A stretch of DNA of 64,000 nt, from contig CAWAOD010000009.1 of NCBI GenBank assembly GCA_963783575.1, positions 64,001 to 128,000 of the forward strand. Reading direction: 5' to 3'. Position numbers and translations under genes: made by a program. This document shows, piece by piece, positions 9,489 through 20,428 of this stretch; within the stretch, counting starts at the first letter, position 1; each line of letters begins with the position of its first letter. Below the pieces are notes generated by a model, which saw only the letters and a list, made by a program, of their open reading frames with translations, was not told where the DNA came from and made no database searches. The stretch comes from an uncultured Spirochaetota bacterium (GTDB taxonomy: Bacteria > Spirochaetota > Brevinematia > Brevinematales > JAOACQ01).

Positions 9489-10583
9489 ATGCAGCGAATT
9501 ATGGATTTCATTATTGGCGCCGGAATTTTGCAGGGATTGTTCCAGGCTTCTTATTTATGGTTTACAGGAAAGAAAAAAATACCTTCAAACCGTATTCTGG
9601 CATTATTAGTATTCGCTTTTTCCTTAAATCTACTCCATTCCCTTTTCAGGATCGGTATGGTTCCTGCTTTGGGCTTGAGAGCAATGGGGGCATTCGAACC
9701 ATTCCAGTTTTTATTAGGACCACTTCTCTATTTCTTTGTTCGTACCCGGACTGAAAGGAAAAATATTAGTATCGAAGAGTGGCCGCATTTTTTGCCCGGC
9801 ATTGCCATATTTATTCTTCTTCCTATATACCAGCGTATCTCACTTTCAGGAATTAATTTCGTATCTAAGGACATTTATTCATTAGTCCTTTTATTCTGGG
9901 GATTCCTGCTCCTGCAGATCAGCGTTTATCTCATATTTTGTGTTATTCTTATACGAAAGTATGATGAAGGAATTGCCGATTTTTATTCCGCAATCGGAAA
10001 AAAGAATATGAATTGGTTCCATATCTTCATGGGAGTACTGCTAATCATATATACCGGATATTTTTTTCTCATAATCATTCTTTTCCGCCATGGGACAATG
10101 CAGCACTTTGAAAGGCTCCTTTCATTACTTCAGAGTCTGGCTGTTTTTGGAATTGGTTACGCGTCTTTTTTTCATGACGATACCGAATTGGAACCGTCTA
10201 TTGAGAAAGCCCAGGCTTATTTCGAAAAAAAACAATTTTCTGATGATATGCTGCCCGGCCTTCGTGAGGATCTTTTAAAACTTATAGAAGAAAAGAAACC
10301 TTACCTGGACCCTGAACTTAAGCTTCCCCAACTGGCTGAAATGGCCGGAATGCCAAGAAATACCCTTTCCAGGCTGATTAACGAAGGATTTGGTAAAAAT
10401 TTTTACGATTTTATAAATAACTACAGAGTACTGGAAGTGATTCGTTTGATGCGTCAACTGGCGAAAGGTCATTACAAGATTTTAACGCTGGCGTTTGAAG
10501 CCGGCTTCAATTCCAAACCCGCTTTCAACTCCATTTTCAAAAAAATAACCGGTAAGACCCCCTCCGAATACAAAAAAATCTGA
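9489..10583 (+). CDS. Membrane-anchored AraC-family transcriptional regulator
   Basis: Multiple N-terminal TM segments; KPYLDPELKL..LA, NFYDFINNYR, AGFNSK..FN..FKK.TGKTPSEY. Confidence 0.9.
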   Translation: MQRIMDFIIGAGILQGLFQASYLWFTGKKKIPSNRILALLVFAFSLNLLHSLFRIGMVPALGLRAMGAFEPFQFLLGPLLYFFVRTRTERKNISIEEWPHFLPGIAIFILLPIYQRISLSGINFVSKDIYSLVLLFWGFLLLQISVYLIFCVILIRKYDEGIADFYSAIGKKNMNWFHIFMGVLLIIYTGYFFLIIILFRHGTMQHFERLLSLLQSLAVFGIGYASFFHDDTELEPSIEKAQAYFEKKQFSDDMLPGLREDLLKLIEEKKPYLDPELKLPQLAEMAGMPRNTLSRLINEGFGKNFYDFINNYRVLEVIRLMRQLAKGHYKILTLAFEAGFNSKPAFNSIFKKITGKTPSEYKKI

Positions 10584-10669
10584 ATTAGTGGTCTAAAGCT
10601 ATCTCTTAAGACGATTTTTTCTTTTTTCCTCCTTATCTTAATACAATCGAAAACTAAGGAGGAAATTTT

Positions 10670-11128
10670 ATGAAAACAGAACAAACAAAATTCTATGCCC
10701 GGATGTCGTTATTAAGCGTTATTATAACGGTTATTCCGGCATCCATCGTTCACTTCTATGAGTTTGGTTATCGCGCTTTTATTGCCGGGGCTGGCATAAT
10801 CCTGTTAATTTGTGTTTTATTCTTTATGTACAGGCGGACAAAAAACAAATTTTTCATTTTAGCCTATGGTATTATTAATGCTTTTATCATCATCGGCTTC
10901 GGACTTATAAACGGCTTCTGGAACCATGCTTTTAAGATATTTCTAACTTATTTACATAATGGCTTACCCCCATTGTTATCAAAACTTTTCTTAAATCCGC
11001 AAATTGGAAGTTTTATTTATGAGACAATGGGCATACTCATTTTTGCGGCCAGTATGTTCGCGGCTTATTATGGTTATAAATTTATTCGTGATATTATAAA
11101 GGAGGAAAATCATGAAGAACTCAACTAA
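10670..11128 (+). CDS. Small integral membrane protein
   Basis: About 4 hydrophobic segments, RBS AAGGAGG, overlaps the ABC ATPase gene. Confidence 0.7.
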   Translation: MKTEQTKFYARMSLLSVIITVIPASIVHFYEFGYRAFIAGAGIILLICVLFFMYRRTKNKFFILAYGIINAFIIIGFGLINGFWNHAFKIFLTYLHNGLPPLLSKLFLNPQIGSFIYETMGILIFAASMFAAYYGYKFIRDIIKEENHEELN

Positions 11129-11834
11129 TTTCATTCAATTGGAACAGGTGTCCAGGTCGTTTGGCCCATCTTCCAGCCGGTTTGACGCGCTGAAAAACAT
11201 TAATTTCGTTATTAATCAGGGTGAACATGTTGCTATTATAGGCAAATCCGGTAGCGGCAAATCGACACTGCTCAATATTCTGACTGGTATCGATCATCCG
11301 AGCCGGGGAACGGTTACCATCAATGGGACTAAAGTCCATATATTAAGTGAAAGCAGCCTGGCAACCTGGCGTGGAAAAAATATCGGTATAGTCTTTCAGT
11401 TTTTTCAGCTTATCCCTACTCTCAGCATCCTGGAAAATCTTTTGATAGCAATGGATTTTGTAAATGTCATTCCCAAAAAAGAAAGACCTAAGCGGGCGAA
11501 AGAGCTGCTTTTCCAAACCGGAATTTCATCTCATGCCAATAAATTGCCGGCTTCCTTATCAGGCGGTGAACAACAGCGTGCCGCTATCGCAAGGGCTCTG
11601 GCCAATGATCCTCCCATTATCGTGGCGGATGAACCCACCGGAAACCTTGATAGTAAAACCACCGAAATAATTTTTAACTTATTCACAGAACTCGTTATAA
11701 ACGGTAAAACCGTTATTGTAGTGACTCACGAGAAAATTTTGAGTTCCGAATATGACCGGATTATTAATCTCAAGGATGGTATGATTATCGATGATAAATA
11801 TGACAATAAATCTAATTATGGAGAACAATTATGA
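11112..11834 (+). CDS. ABC transporter ATP-binding protein (LolD/MacB type)
   Basis: [29 protein letters not shown]. Confidence 0.92.
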   Translation: MKNSTNFIQLEQVSRSFGPSSSRFDALKNINFVINQGEHVAIIGKSGSGKSTLLNILTGIDHPSRGTVTINGTKVHILSESSLATWRGKNIGIVFQFFQLIPTLSILENLLIAMDFVNVIPKKERPKRAKELLFQTGISSHANKLPASLSGGEQQRAAIARALANDPPIIVADEPTGNLDSKTTEIIFNLFTELVINGKTVIVVTHEKILSSEYDRIINLKDGMIIDDKYDNKSNYGEQL

Positions 11835-14207
11835 ACACAAAAATAAAGAAGGTTATCAGTGATTTGTTGATAAATCCCGGCCGTACAGCGCTTATTATTT
11901 TTGCTCTGGTAATTGGACTCTGGGGCGTCGGATCCGTTTTGGTATTCATATGCTATTTTGAGTAATGATCTGAATAGGAATTTTCAGAAAACCGATCCTC
12001 CCCATGTCCTCATAAGGTCAAAGGATTTTGACCGGTTAAAATTGGCTGACTTAAGAAGCCGGCCGGAAATTGAAAAAGCCGAATTCAGAGATTTTTCATC
12101 ACTAAGGATCGAGACACGTCCAAATGATTGGATACCTCTATGGTTATTTGGCGTGGAAGATTTTAATAATTTCAATCTTGCTAGAATTTATGACCGTTAT
12201 GGAAAAGGTATACCACCCATAGGTCCAAAAGATGGAGAAATGGTAATAGAACGCGATGGACTCAAATTTTCCGATTTGAAAGCCGGTTTCAGCGCACGTA
12301 TACGCTCCGGAGGCAGAGTTCTTAATATTCCAGTTGCCGGTATCGTTTTTGATCCTGCTCAGTCACCCGGGACACAGGATCATTTGATTTATGCATATGT
12401 GAATAAAAAGACATTTTCGGAAATTACCGGCGAATCGGCTAATCAACAGCTAGTGATTCGTTTTAGAAACGTGGCATCGAGAGAAGATGTGCAGGCGAAA
12501 AGCAATAATCTCACCGATTATTTTAAATCACTGGGCATTACCATAGACAAGATTACGATTCCCAAGTTTAACTCACATCCTCACCAGTGGCAGCTGAATA
12601 CCCTGCTTTTTCTCGTGGGCAGCATCGGGTTTCTCGCATTTTTAATGGGCGCTGTTATAGTTTCCCAACTTATGGCGGCTATTCTGGCAAGACAAATACG
12701 TCAAATAGGTATTCTTAAAGCAATTGGCACATCACGATCCCAGGTATTTCTGATTTATGTTGCAATGGTGCTCGCTCTGGGAGTCATGTCAGGTGCGATC
12801 GCGATACCGCTGGCAATCAAATTTGGTTATGCTTATTCTTACTTTGTGGCGGATATTATTAACTTCGAAATTCTTACCGTGTCTCTCCCGATTCAGGTAT
12901 ATGTATATCTTATTTCCGCCAGCTTTTTATTACCTATCTTATTGTCTCTCCCGGCAATTTTAAGAGGAACAAGAATATCTGTTCTCGATGCATTAAGCGA
13001 TTATGGTATCCGGCAGGAATCTTCATCCACCAAGAAGACTATGGTGGTTCACAGATTCTTCCCTGCTAAATTTGCTATGGCTTTTAGAAATACCCTGCGG
13101 CGCAAAAACCGCCTCATAGTTACAGTGATTTCTATGGCGCTCGGAGTGGCAATTTTTAACGCAGGATTTAACGTGCAACAATCAGTAAAACATCTCTTGC
13201 TGGACGTAAACAATAGTATGAAGCATGACGTGCAGGTGGTACTTATTAATCAAATGCCAAAAGAGGAGATATTGAAATATTTCAACGGTATTGATAATAT
13301 AAGCCGGATAGAAACCTGGAATGGCGGACGCGGTGGGATGCAATCCATGGTCATTGCTTCGGATGAAGGCGTAGGAATTATCTCTCTGCCTTATAATACA
13401 GATTTGATCGGTTTCAGATCCGTCAAAGGTCGCTGGCTGAATAATCCAACAGAACCGGAGATAGTTATGAACCAGGAAGCGGCAATTCTTTATTACAATC
13501 CTGCAATAGGCAGCTATCAAACAATAAGTATCAAAGGGAAAAAACTTACTGCAAAACTGGTAGGAATAGTTGATGAAGCTGAAAAGCCGATGGTTTATAT
13601 GGATGAACATCTATACGACAAAGTTGCTAACCCCAATCATTATGTCAATAGCCTGATGTTCGTTGCCAAAGATAGAAGTTACGATAAGGTTATAGCCTTG
13701 AAGCGGGATATCGAAAAGGCAATCGCGCCGACCAATCTGCAAATACTCTATGTTCTGCTGCAGGCGGAAAGGGTTAAAATTATCTATGATCATTTAAAAA
13801 TAATTCTGGTGACGCTTATTTTCTTTGCCTCACTTGTACTCGTAGTAAGCGCGATGGGAATGGCATCCGCCACAAGCATCAATATTATGGAAAGAACCCG
13901 TGAAATCGGTGTGTTAAGAGCGGTTGGCGCCACTCCAAAGATAATCTACAACCTTTTTGTTACCGAAGGTATAATAGTAAGTGTTGTCAGCATTATTCTG
14001 GGATTGTTATTATCGTGGCCCCTCAGCATAGTCTCCGCAAGGTTTTTCGGCGCTTTAATGCTGGATGTCGTACTTCAACCTACCTTTAGTAAGGCTGGTC
14101 TTGTAATAACGCTCATTACCACTATTATTTTCGGCTGGGTAGCCAGCAGGATTCCTGCTCGTAATGCAATTAAAGTTTCGACGCGGGAAGCACTTTCGTA
14201 TGAATAG
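11831..14207 (+). CDS. ABC transporter permease, FtsX/MacB family (frameshift near 11930)
   Basis: ATG 11831 overlaps the ATPase stop; two FtsX halves (RQIGILKAIG, ERTREIGVLRAVGA), C-terminal REALSYE. Confidence 0.85.
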
Positions 14208-14255
14208 TCATTGTTATATATATTATTTTACTAAAATTATAAAAAGGAGATTCTA

Positions 14256-14420
14256 ATGATCAGAAAAGTCACAGGAATAATGCTTATTTTGGCCGGTATC
14301 AGTCTGATTATCTTGCTGTTTTTAACCCATAGCCCATTATTTCCGCATATATCCGGACCGATTATTCTTATTGCTATAGGAATAATAATTCTTTTCTTAA
14401 ATAGAAAAAAAGTTAAATAA
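14256..14420 (+). CDS. 54-aa two-TM small membrane protein (absent from ORF track)
   Basis: RBS AAGGAG; MIRKVTGIMLILAGISLIILLFLTHSPLFPHISGPIILIAIGIIILFLNRKKVK; precedes a terminator. Confidence 0.7.
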   Translation: MIRKVTGIMLILAGISLIILLFLTHSPLFPHISGPIILIAIGIIILFLNRKKVK

Positions 14421-14435
14421 TTTGCAGGCATCTTT

Positions 14436-14470
14436 AAAACCAGCGGTATATAAGCCGCTGGTTTTTATTT
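14436..14470. terminator. Bidirectional intrinsic terminator
   Basis: AAAACCAGCGG-loop-CCGCTGGTTTTT between convergent genes. Confidence 0.8.
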
Positions 14471-14518
14471 GAGCTTAATAACCCACGATTCGAACAAACA
14501 GGTCAATCAGCCTGCCTG

Positions 14519-15451
14519 TTAAAATTTAATTTCTGTGCCCACATAAGTCCTGCCGTCGGAGGCTCCGTACAAGCCAAGCGACGCGACATCGTAAAAATTT
14601 TTCTTTATTGAGGCTTCAAAAAGAGGCGACTGGTTATTAAGTATCAGCTCACGTATCGCAAAAGTTATTTTCTGATACTCTACGGCTTCTTCGAACCTCA
14701 CTTCAATAGTATTTGTAGACATCAGGGTAGTTTCGGCAATCCCGCGCAAAATAAAATCGCCGAGACTGTAATTGCCGCCTAATGATACCTGAGCGCATGT
14801 ATTGAAATTTGTCGGTTCATAAACGAAAGGGTTGACATGCTCAAACTGAAAAACACCGCGGACATAATAGTCTTCTGTTTCGTACTTGACCATTGCGGCG
14901 GCGGGTATGTTATGCCTGTAATCGCCCTGGGAATAACCGGCCTCGAAATGATCGAAGAAAAACCCGGCGCGGATTCCGGCGGCTGTTTTAAAAACCGGTA
15001 TGAACTGGGCCGGAGAATCGAAATAAGCCGGGTTATTCGTGACGGAATAGGGATAAACTAAAAGCAGAGTGTCGTAATTCTGCCGGTATGTTGCCGCTCC
15101 CCTCATCGAAATGAACATGAGATTAAAAAAACGGTAAGTTACGCCGTAGTCATAAAGATAGATATTGTTTAATATAAACTGATAATTGGTTTCCGGAACA
15201 TGAGTGTCGCGGTAAGCGTTAAGCGTCGAGAAAAACTGAAGATCTCCGAGGTTTCCTATTGAAGGCGTAAAATTATACCGGAGAAATATATCCCTGATAT
15301 TAAAGGTATTCGAGTGAAACCCATATGTCATCAGACCGAATGAATGAAACACATTTATGTTTGTTTCAGTATAGTCATCGTTAATGTAATCAACGGCAAA
15401 AACAGGCATTGCCATAAATAGAAGCAGCATAAATAAATAAAATCTCTTCAT
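14519..15451 (-). CDS. Putative outer-membrane beta-barrel protein
   Basis: Signal peptide, alternating aromatic strands, C-terminal YVGTEIKF. Confidence 0.55.
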   Translation of the reverse strand: MKRFYLFMLLLFMAMPVFAVDYINDDYTETNINVFHSFGLMTYGFHSNTFNIRDIFLRYNFTPSIGNLGDLQFFSTLNAYRDTHVPETNYQFILNNIYLYDYGVTYRFFNLMFISMRGAATYRQNYDTLLLVYPYSVTNNPAYFDSPAQFIPVFKTAAGIRAGFFFDHFEAGYSQGDYRHNIPAAAMVKYETEDYYVRGVFQFEHVNPFVYEPTNFNTCAQVSLGGNYSLGDFILRGIAETTLMSTNTIEVRFEEAVEYQKITFAIRELILNNQSPLFEASIKKNFYDVASLGLYGASDGRTYVGTEIKF

Positions 15452-15473
15452 AAATGTTTCTCCAAAATTTTTA

Positions 15474-16535
15474 TTATTTTATCAGGTCAAAACGGTATTC
15501 CATATCGGCTTTAAGCTCCTGGTCATAGCGTATATCCATATTCCAGGGCACATCCGGCGCGGGAAGAAATGTTCCGTTCACAAATCCAAATGTTAAAGCA
15601 ATTTCATCAGTGAATTTAATTGTCCTGTGAATATTGAAACCGATATAAAGCGGCGGGCGGTAAAAGGGATCGCCCTCAATTGAAATGTACTGATGATTTG
15701 TGATTATAAACTGGTCGGATACAAAAGCCTGCACGGTAAACAAAAATTCCCACATCTTAAAATTATATTCCCCGTAAAACGCCTGTCCGAAAACGTTAAG
15801 CTGAGGATTTGAGTCCCTGTCGGGAAGCCAGTATGACGCCGTATATAAGAGGCTGAAAGTTTCGTTTTTCAAACCCGCCGCGCCGTTATAATTTTCAGTA
15901 ATATTCACAACATGCGTATGTTCATGGCCGCCGTTATGCCAGTAATGGCCGGCGACATAAAACATGTCATAGGAATATATAACCCCGACATCGAACCGTT
16001 CCCGGAAACTTTCGGTATCCGGGTTCTGCCAGTTCATATAAAAATCGGCCTTTTGATTATCGTCTTTGTATTTCAACTGTCCGCCGTATTCATAAAAGCT
16101 CATTGTATTTGTAGGGTTCATTGATGGAATATTTTCACTTATGGGAACACGGTTCTGAGGCGTAATATTGACAATCGGGTCCATCATAAAAGGAGCAAAA
16201 TCATGATTATTTTCAAGGCTTCCGACAATAAGCGAATAATTTCCAAGAAGGAACTTGCTCTGAACATAAGGATAATAATCCAGAATTTTTTCATTCTGGT
16301 TGAATGGAATCAGGAAACCGGAACCCAGGCGGAACTCAACTCCCGGGATTTCACTGATATAAAAGTATGGCTGGACCAGGTCTTCAAAATATGTCAGTGT
16401 TCCCTGCGTATATTCCCAGTCGTGGCCCTGTTCGTCATTATAAGCATAACCCGAATTATAAAGCCGGAATTGAACCTCGCTGAAAACAGGCGCTGAAATA
16501 AGTAATATAAAAACAAAAATAAAAACACGCTTCAT
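15474..16535 (-). CDS. Putative outer-membrane beta-barrel protein
   Basis: Signal peptide, Y/F-rich strands, terminal MEYRF. Confidence 0.55.
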   Translation of the reverse strand: MKRVFIFVFILLISAPVFSEVQFRLYNSGYAYNDEQGHDWEYTQGTLTYFEDLVQPYFYISEIPGVEFRLGSGFLIPFNQNEKILDYYPYVQSKFLLGNYSLIVGSLENNHDFAPFMMDPIVNITPQNRVPISENIPSMNPTNTMSFYEYGGQLKYKDDNQKADFYMNWQNPDTESFRERFDVGVIYSYDMFYVAGHYWHNGGHEHTHVVNITENYNGAAGLKNETFSLLYTASYWLPDRDSNPQLNVFGQAFYGEYNFKMWEFLFTVQAFVSDQFIITNHQYISIEGDPFYRPPLYIGFNIHRTIKFTDEIALTFGFVNGTFLPAPDVPWNMDIRYDQELKADMEYRFDLIK

Positions 16536-16617
16536 TATGGGCTTAAACCTCCATATTTTAATCGATAATTATAAATAGATTGCCCATTATCCGCAAAAAA
16601 TATTGTGAACTAATTCT

Positions 16618-17460
16618 TTATAATGAAGATTTTAATGTTTCTTTTGCCAATTGAACGGAAATCTCAAGGCTCAAAGGTTCCGCTTTTTGTTTTTTATAAC
16701 CCCCGGATGATCCGCCTCCTCTCATCCCTCTTCCCCTGCCGCCGGAAGTTCTGCCCGGATCTCCGCCACCGCCGTTATCACTGTTCATATTTTCAAAAAT
16801 ATTATTTTCCCGGGTTTGAAAAATAAGTCTGACAGATTCGCCAGGATTTTTCGCTATGGATGCGATGTAATTTGTGCTTTTTGATAAGGGTAATTTTAAC
16901 TCATAGGTAAGGATTTCATCATAATTAGTAATATAAACCTCCGTTCCCATAACTCCAGCCACATTATAAACAGCTGGTTTTCCATTTCTGGATTTGAATA
17001 TTTCCAGTTCATCAAACTGCTGCCTGAAAAAATCATTTTTCAATGCGTCATTCAGTGATCTGTCGGTATTTTTCCCGAACAACACCTTTATGACATTGGA
17101 ATACATATTTATGATACCGATAGGATAATGAATCCCAAGGGTTCCCTTATTGATTCCTGCGGAATTAAACCATGCCGTTAAACCCTGCATAATTATCTGC
17201 CTGGCTAAACTTTTATTGCTCATACTGATGCATAAATAGAGAAAATCATTGTCGTTTGCTATACCAATATTCAAATTTTCATTTTCCAGATACTGCATAT
17301 TATTTGTCCAGTTATCAATATTACCGTCAATCTTTATTTCGCGGTCTCTCCAACCGCTTTTAATGCGGTAATTCTCACAGGCTGTAAAGAATAATAAAGT
17401 TATTAATAATCCGGAAATCAAAAAAATATACCGTACAAACAACGGATTATAAAATTTCAT
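16618..17460 (-). CDS. Hypothetical lipoprotein
   Basis: Lipobox-like FFTAC; IKIDGNIDNW...NDNDFLYL (DOMON/CBM9-like); Gly-rich tail. Confidence 0.6.
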   Translation of the reverse strand: MKFYNPLFVRYIFLISGLLITLLFFTACENYRIKSGWRDREIKIDGNIDNWTNNMQYLENENLNIGIANDNDFLYLCISMSNKSLARQIIMQGLTAWFNSAGINKGTLGIHYPIGIINMYSNVIKVLFGKNTDRSLNDALKNDFFRQQFDELEIFKSRNGKPAVYNVAGVMGTEVYITNYDEILTYELKLPLSKSTNYIASIAKNPGESVRLIFQTRENNIFENMNSDNGGGGDPGRTSGGRGRGMRGGGSSGGYKKQKAEPLSLEISVQLAKETLKSSL

Positions 17461-17497
17461 TCAAAAACTCCTCATCGGCGCCAGGTATTTTGGAATA

Positions 17498-17617
17498 TTA
17501 TCTGAGCTTTTCAAAAGAATTCTGAAATATGATAAGAATTATTATCAAAACAAAAAGCCCAATTTCAATGACAATATTCCATGGTTCTGTAAAAAATATA
17601 ATTTTTAATTTTTCCAT
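17498..17617 (-). CDS. 39-aa single-TM small protein (absent from ORF track)
   Basis: Strong RBS AAGGAGGTGA; MEKLKIIFFTEPWNIVIEIGLFVLIIILIIFQNSFEKLR. Confidence 0.55.
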   Translation of the reverse strand: MEKLKIIFFTEPWNIVIEIGLFVLIIILIIFQNSFEKLR

Positions 17618-17741
17618 ATTTCACCTCCTTCGATGGAGTTAATTCATAGCTTGTTAATGCGCTCGGGATAAAACTATAAGGCATCGATAAGACAAAAAGA
17701 TGCAGGGTTTTGTCTTTTTTGTTAACTCCTGCAAATTATAG

Positions 17742-18800
17742 TCATAAACTACCGCTTACACCTGCCTCCTCAAAAGAAGACATTTCGCACATAATCCGGC
17801 ATGAGGCTTCGATAAGATTAATAGCCAGAACAGCGCCTGTTCCTTCGCCAAGACGCATCCCAAGATCAAGGATTGGTTCAAGCTCAAGCATTTTAAGGGC
17901 GGCTTTTTGCCCGGCTTCAACTGATTTATGGCCTGAAAAAAAGTAGTCTTTTACATAAGGTTTGATAAGATATGCGATAAGCCCTCCGGCGGTTGAGATC
18001 AGCCCATCCAGTACAACGGGGATTTTTACCGCGGCAGCGGCGAGACATGCTCCGGCTATTCCGCCGATTTCAAAACCCCCAACTTTCTGCAGAATATCAA
18101 GGCCGTTTTTCGGGTCAGGCTTTCTCTGTCCAAGGGCTCTTGCAATTATTTCAACTTTATTTTTAAATCCGGTATCATTCAACCCGGTTCCACGGCCGGC
18201 GGTTTTTTCAGGGCTAAGACCGGTAGCGGCAGAAATTATCGCGGCGGCCGAAGTGCTGTTTCCAATCCCCATTTCTCCTACGCCGGCGATATTGAATTTT
18301 TCGGTTTTATAAGCATCATCAAAAACTTCAATCCCCAACTCAATTGATCGGATTGCTTCGCCCACCGTCATAGAGTCCTCTATTAAAAAATTGCGGGTTC
18401 CTTTCCGTACCTTTTTGTTAATCAATCCAGGCTCCGATCCGAATTCATAATTAACTCCCATATCGATCACGCTTATACCGGCTCCGGCCTGCCTGCATAG
18501 TACATTTATAGCTGCTCCTCCATGGAGAAAATTCAATACCATTTGAGGCGTCACTTCGGCTGGATAAGCGGATACTCCTTCGGCGGCAATTCCATGATCG
18601 CCGGCAAAAACAAACATCTTTTTCACAGCTATTTTTGGGGTTAAGCTATTTTGGATTAAAGACATTCGAACCGCCATTTCTTCCAGCCTGCCAAGCGAGC
18701 CGGCTGGTTTAGTTTTTAAATCCATTTTATGCCTTGCATTTTTTTCAAGAGTCCTGCTCAAAGGCAAAATTTCATTAATAGTTTTCTGTAGAAGTCTCAT
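17742..18800 (-). CDS. cobT: Nicotinate-nucleotide--dimethylbenzimidazole phosphoribosyltransferase
   Basis: KTKPAGSLGRLE, FAGDHG, GEMGIGNSTS, LGMRLGEGTGA. Confidence 0.95.
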   Translation of the reverse strand: MRLLQKTINEILPLSRTLEKNARHKMDLKTKPAGSLGRLEEMAVRMSLIQNSLTPKIAVKKMFVFAGDHGIAAEGVSAYPAEVTPQMVLNFLHGGAAINVLCRQAGAGISVIDMGVNYEFGSEPGLINKKVRKGTRNFLIEDSMTVGEAIRSIELGIEVFDDAYKTEKFNIAGVGEMGIGNSTSAAAIISAATGLSPEKTAGRGTGLNDTGFKNKVEIIARALGQRKPDPKNGLDILQKVGGFEIGGIAGACLAAAAVKIPVVLDGLISTAGGLIAYLIKPYVKDYFFSGHKSVEAGQKAALKMLELEPILDLGMRLGEGTGAVLAINLIEASCRIMCEMSSFEEAGVSGSL

Positions 18801-19621
18801 AAATTCTCCTTATTATTTAATTCAAAGTTCTCAATAACCTGAAGCGAGGCTTCAAGATCGGCTTCATTGAAGACCTCGATTATGACGGTTCCTTCAAATC
18901 CCTTTAAGCTTTCCAGCATCATATTCAATTCAAACGGAGCAGTCACATTCAACGCCTTGTGGTCCTGTCCTTTATCAATACCATGGATATGAATTATACT
19001 GATTTTATTCTTAAAAACTTTCCTGAATTTTTCAGGATCCTGTTTCCTGATAAAAAGATGCCCGAAGTCCATACAAATATTAAACGGAGACTCAAGAATA
19101 ACATCACTGAGTTCAGTCAAATCGACGAATGTATTCTCTATAGCGATTTTTGAGGCCTGCCCGCCTGTTTCTTTAATTAACAGTTCCAGGATTTTCTGAA
19201 AACGGTCCCGGTCAGGAGAAGCCCCGGTCCCGGTTTTTACCGTTTCCGCATAATCATTTTTATCAATGTGAAGGATGAATTTTCCTGTTTTCAATAAAAG
19301 CATCCGGTTCATCAGTGAACATATTAACCCGGTATTTTCCAGAAGCTCATTATCGGAAGACGATAAAAGATGAAGATCAAGCGGTAAATGGACCGTATAG
19401 ATAATCCCCGATTCTTCCTGAATTCCTTTCAATCTTCCGATGATGGAAGGAGATGCTGTTTCATTTATATAATCTTTCCCAAAAACAAGAAGCTGAACCG
19501 TATCAAAAACATCTTTAAGGAAAGTCACATTTTGGATAAGATTATCCTCTTCGACAGGTAAAATGTAGGATGTAGCCCCCAATTTATACGAAAATCTATT
19601 TCTGTATGATTTTAAATCCAT
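18797..19621 (-). CDS. cbiR: Cobamide-remodelling phosphodiesterase CbiR-like (AP endonuclease 2/TIM barrel)
   Basis: YKLGATSYILP N-terminus, VHLPLD, IEN, CMDFGH, IHIHG, DH, IIEVF; located between cobS and cobT. Confidence 0.8.
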   Translation of the reverse strand: MDLKSYRNRFSYKLGATSYILPVEEDNLIQNVTFLKDVFDTVQLLVFGKDYINETASPSIIGRLKGIQEESGIIYTVHLPLDLHLLSSSDNELLENTGLICSLMNRMLLLKTGKFILHIDKNDYAETVKTGTGASPDRDRFQKILELLIKETGGQASKIAIENTFVDLTELSDVILESPFNICMDFGHLFIRKQDPEKFRKVFKNKISIIHIHGIDKGQDHKALNVTAPFELNMMLESLKGFEGTVIIEVFNEADLEASLQVIENFELNNKENL

Positions 19622-19630
19622 ATTGCCCGC

Positions 19631-20428
19631 TTATTTCAAAATAACAACAATAATCAATAAGGCCAGTTCCACAGTTTCATTAAGCGCACCCAGAACATCA
19701 CCGGTGACTCCGCCTATTTTATAACCGGAATAAAATTTAACCGCCACAGTACAGATTCCGGCTGTAATGAAGCATGTTAAAACCGGAACCAGAAATTTCA
19801 AGCCAAAGAATAATAATAAAAGACCGGATAAAAACAGAGTAACTACAAGGCCAGCCGTAAAAACAGAAGCCGGAATCCGTCCAACAAAAGCTTTACCGGT
19901 TCCATTCTCCCGGGGATAATTGGAAACGAAGCCAAGAGCCGCCATGGAAAACCTTGATAATACCGGTATGATCAGAAGTAATGGTACCGAATCCGGAACA
20001 AAAATTATTTTTTTTAAAAAAATCCATTTTGCCAGGAAATAAATTACTAAACCTGCAAGCGCAAAACTACCTATGCGGCTGTCTTTCATAATCATCAGAC
20101 GTTCGGTTTTTGTCCTGTCGGCTAGAAAGGCGTCAAATGTATCGGAAAGGCCGTCAAGGTGAAAAAACCCGTTAAAAAAATAAGGCAGGCACAGAAGTAT
20201 CAACGCTGATATCTCAGGTTCGGTATGAATTTTATTACAGCCCATCGCCGCTAGATACCACAATATGCCGTAAAACAAACCGGCGATGGGGAAGAAAGCC
20301 GCCGTAAAATGAATAATTTCATTTGGATTACCGATACGGCTATTACCGGGAAGATGGAGCCTGGTGAGCAAGCCGAATGTAAAAAGAAGTGCGCGGTACA
20401 TTTTTGAAATACCGGTTTTAAAACTCAT
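19631..20428 (-). CDS. cobS: Cobamide synthase
   Basis: LTRL, FHLDGLSDTFDA, IMKDSRIGSF, GGVTGDVLGA. Confidence 0.95.
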   Translation of the reverse strand: MSFKTGISKMYRALLFTFGLLTRLHLPGNSRIGNPNEIIHFTAAFFPIAGLFYGILWYLAAMGCNKIHTEPEISALILLCLPYFFNGFFHLDGLSDTFDAFLADRTKTERLMIMKDSRIGSFALAGLVIYFLAKWIFLKKIIFVPDSVPLLLIIPVLSRFSMAALGFVSNYPRENGTGKAFVGRIPASVFTAGLVVTLFLSGLLLLFFGLKFLVPVLTCFITAGICTVAVKFYSGYKIGGVTGDVLGALNETVELALLIIVVILK

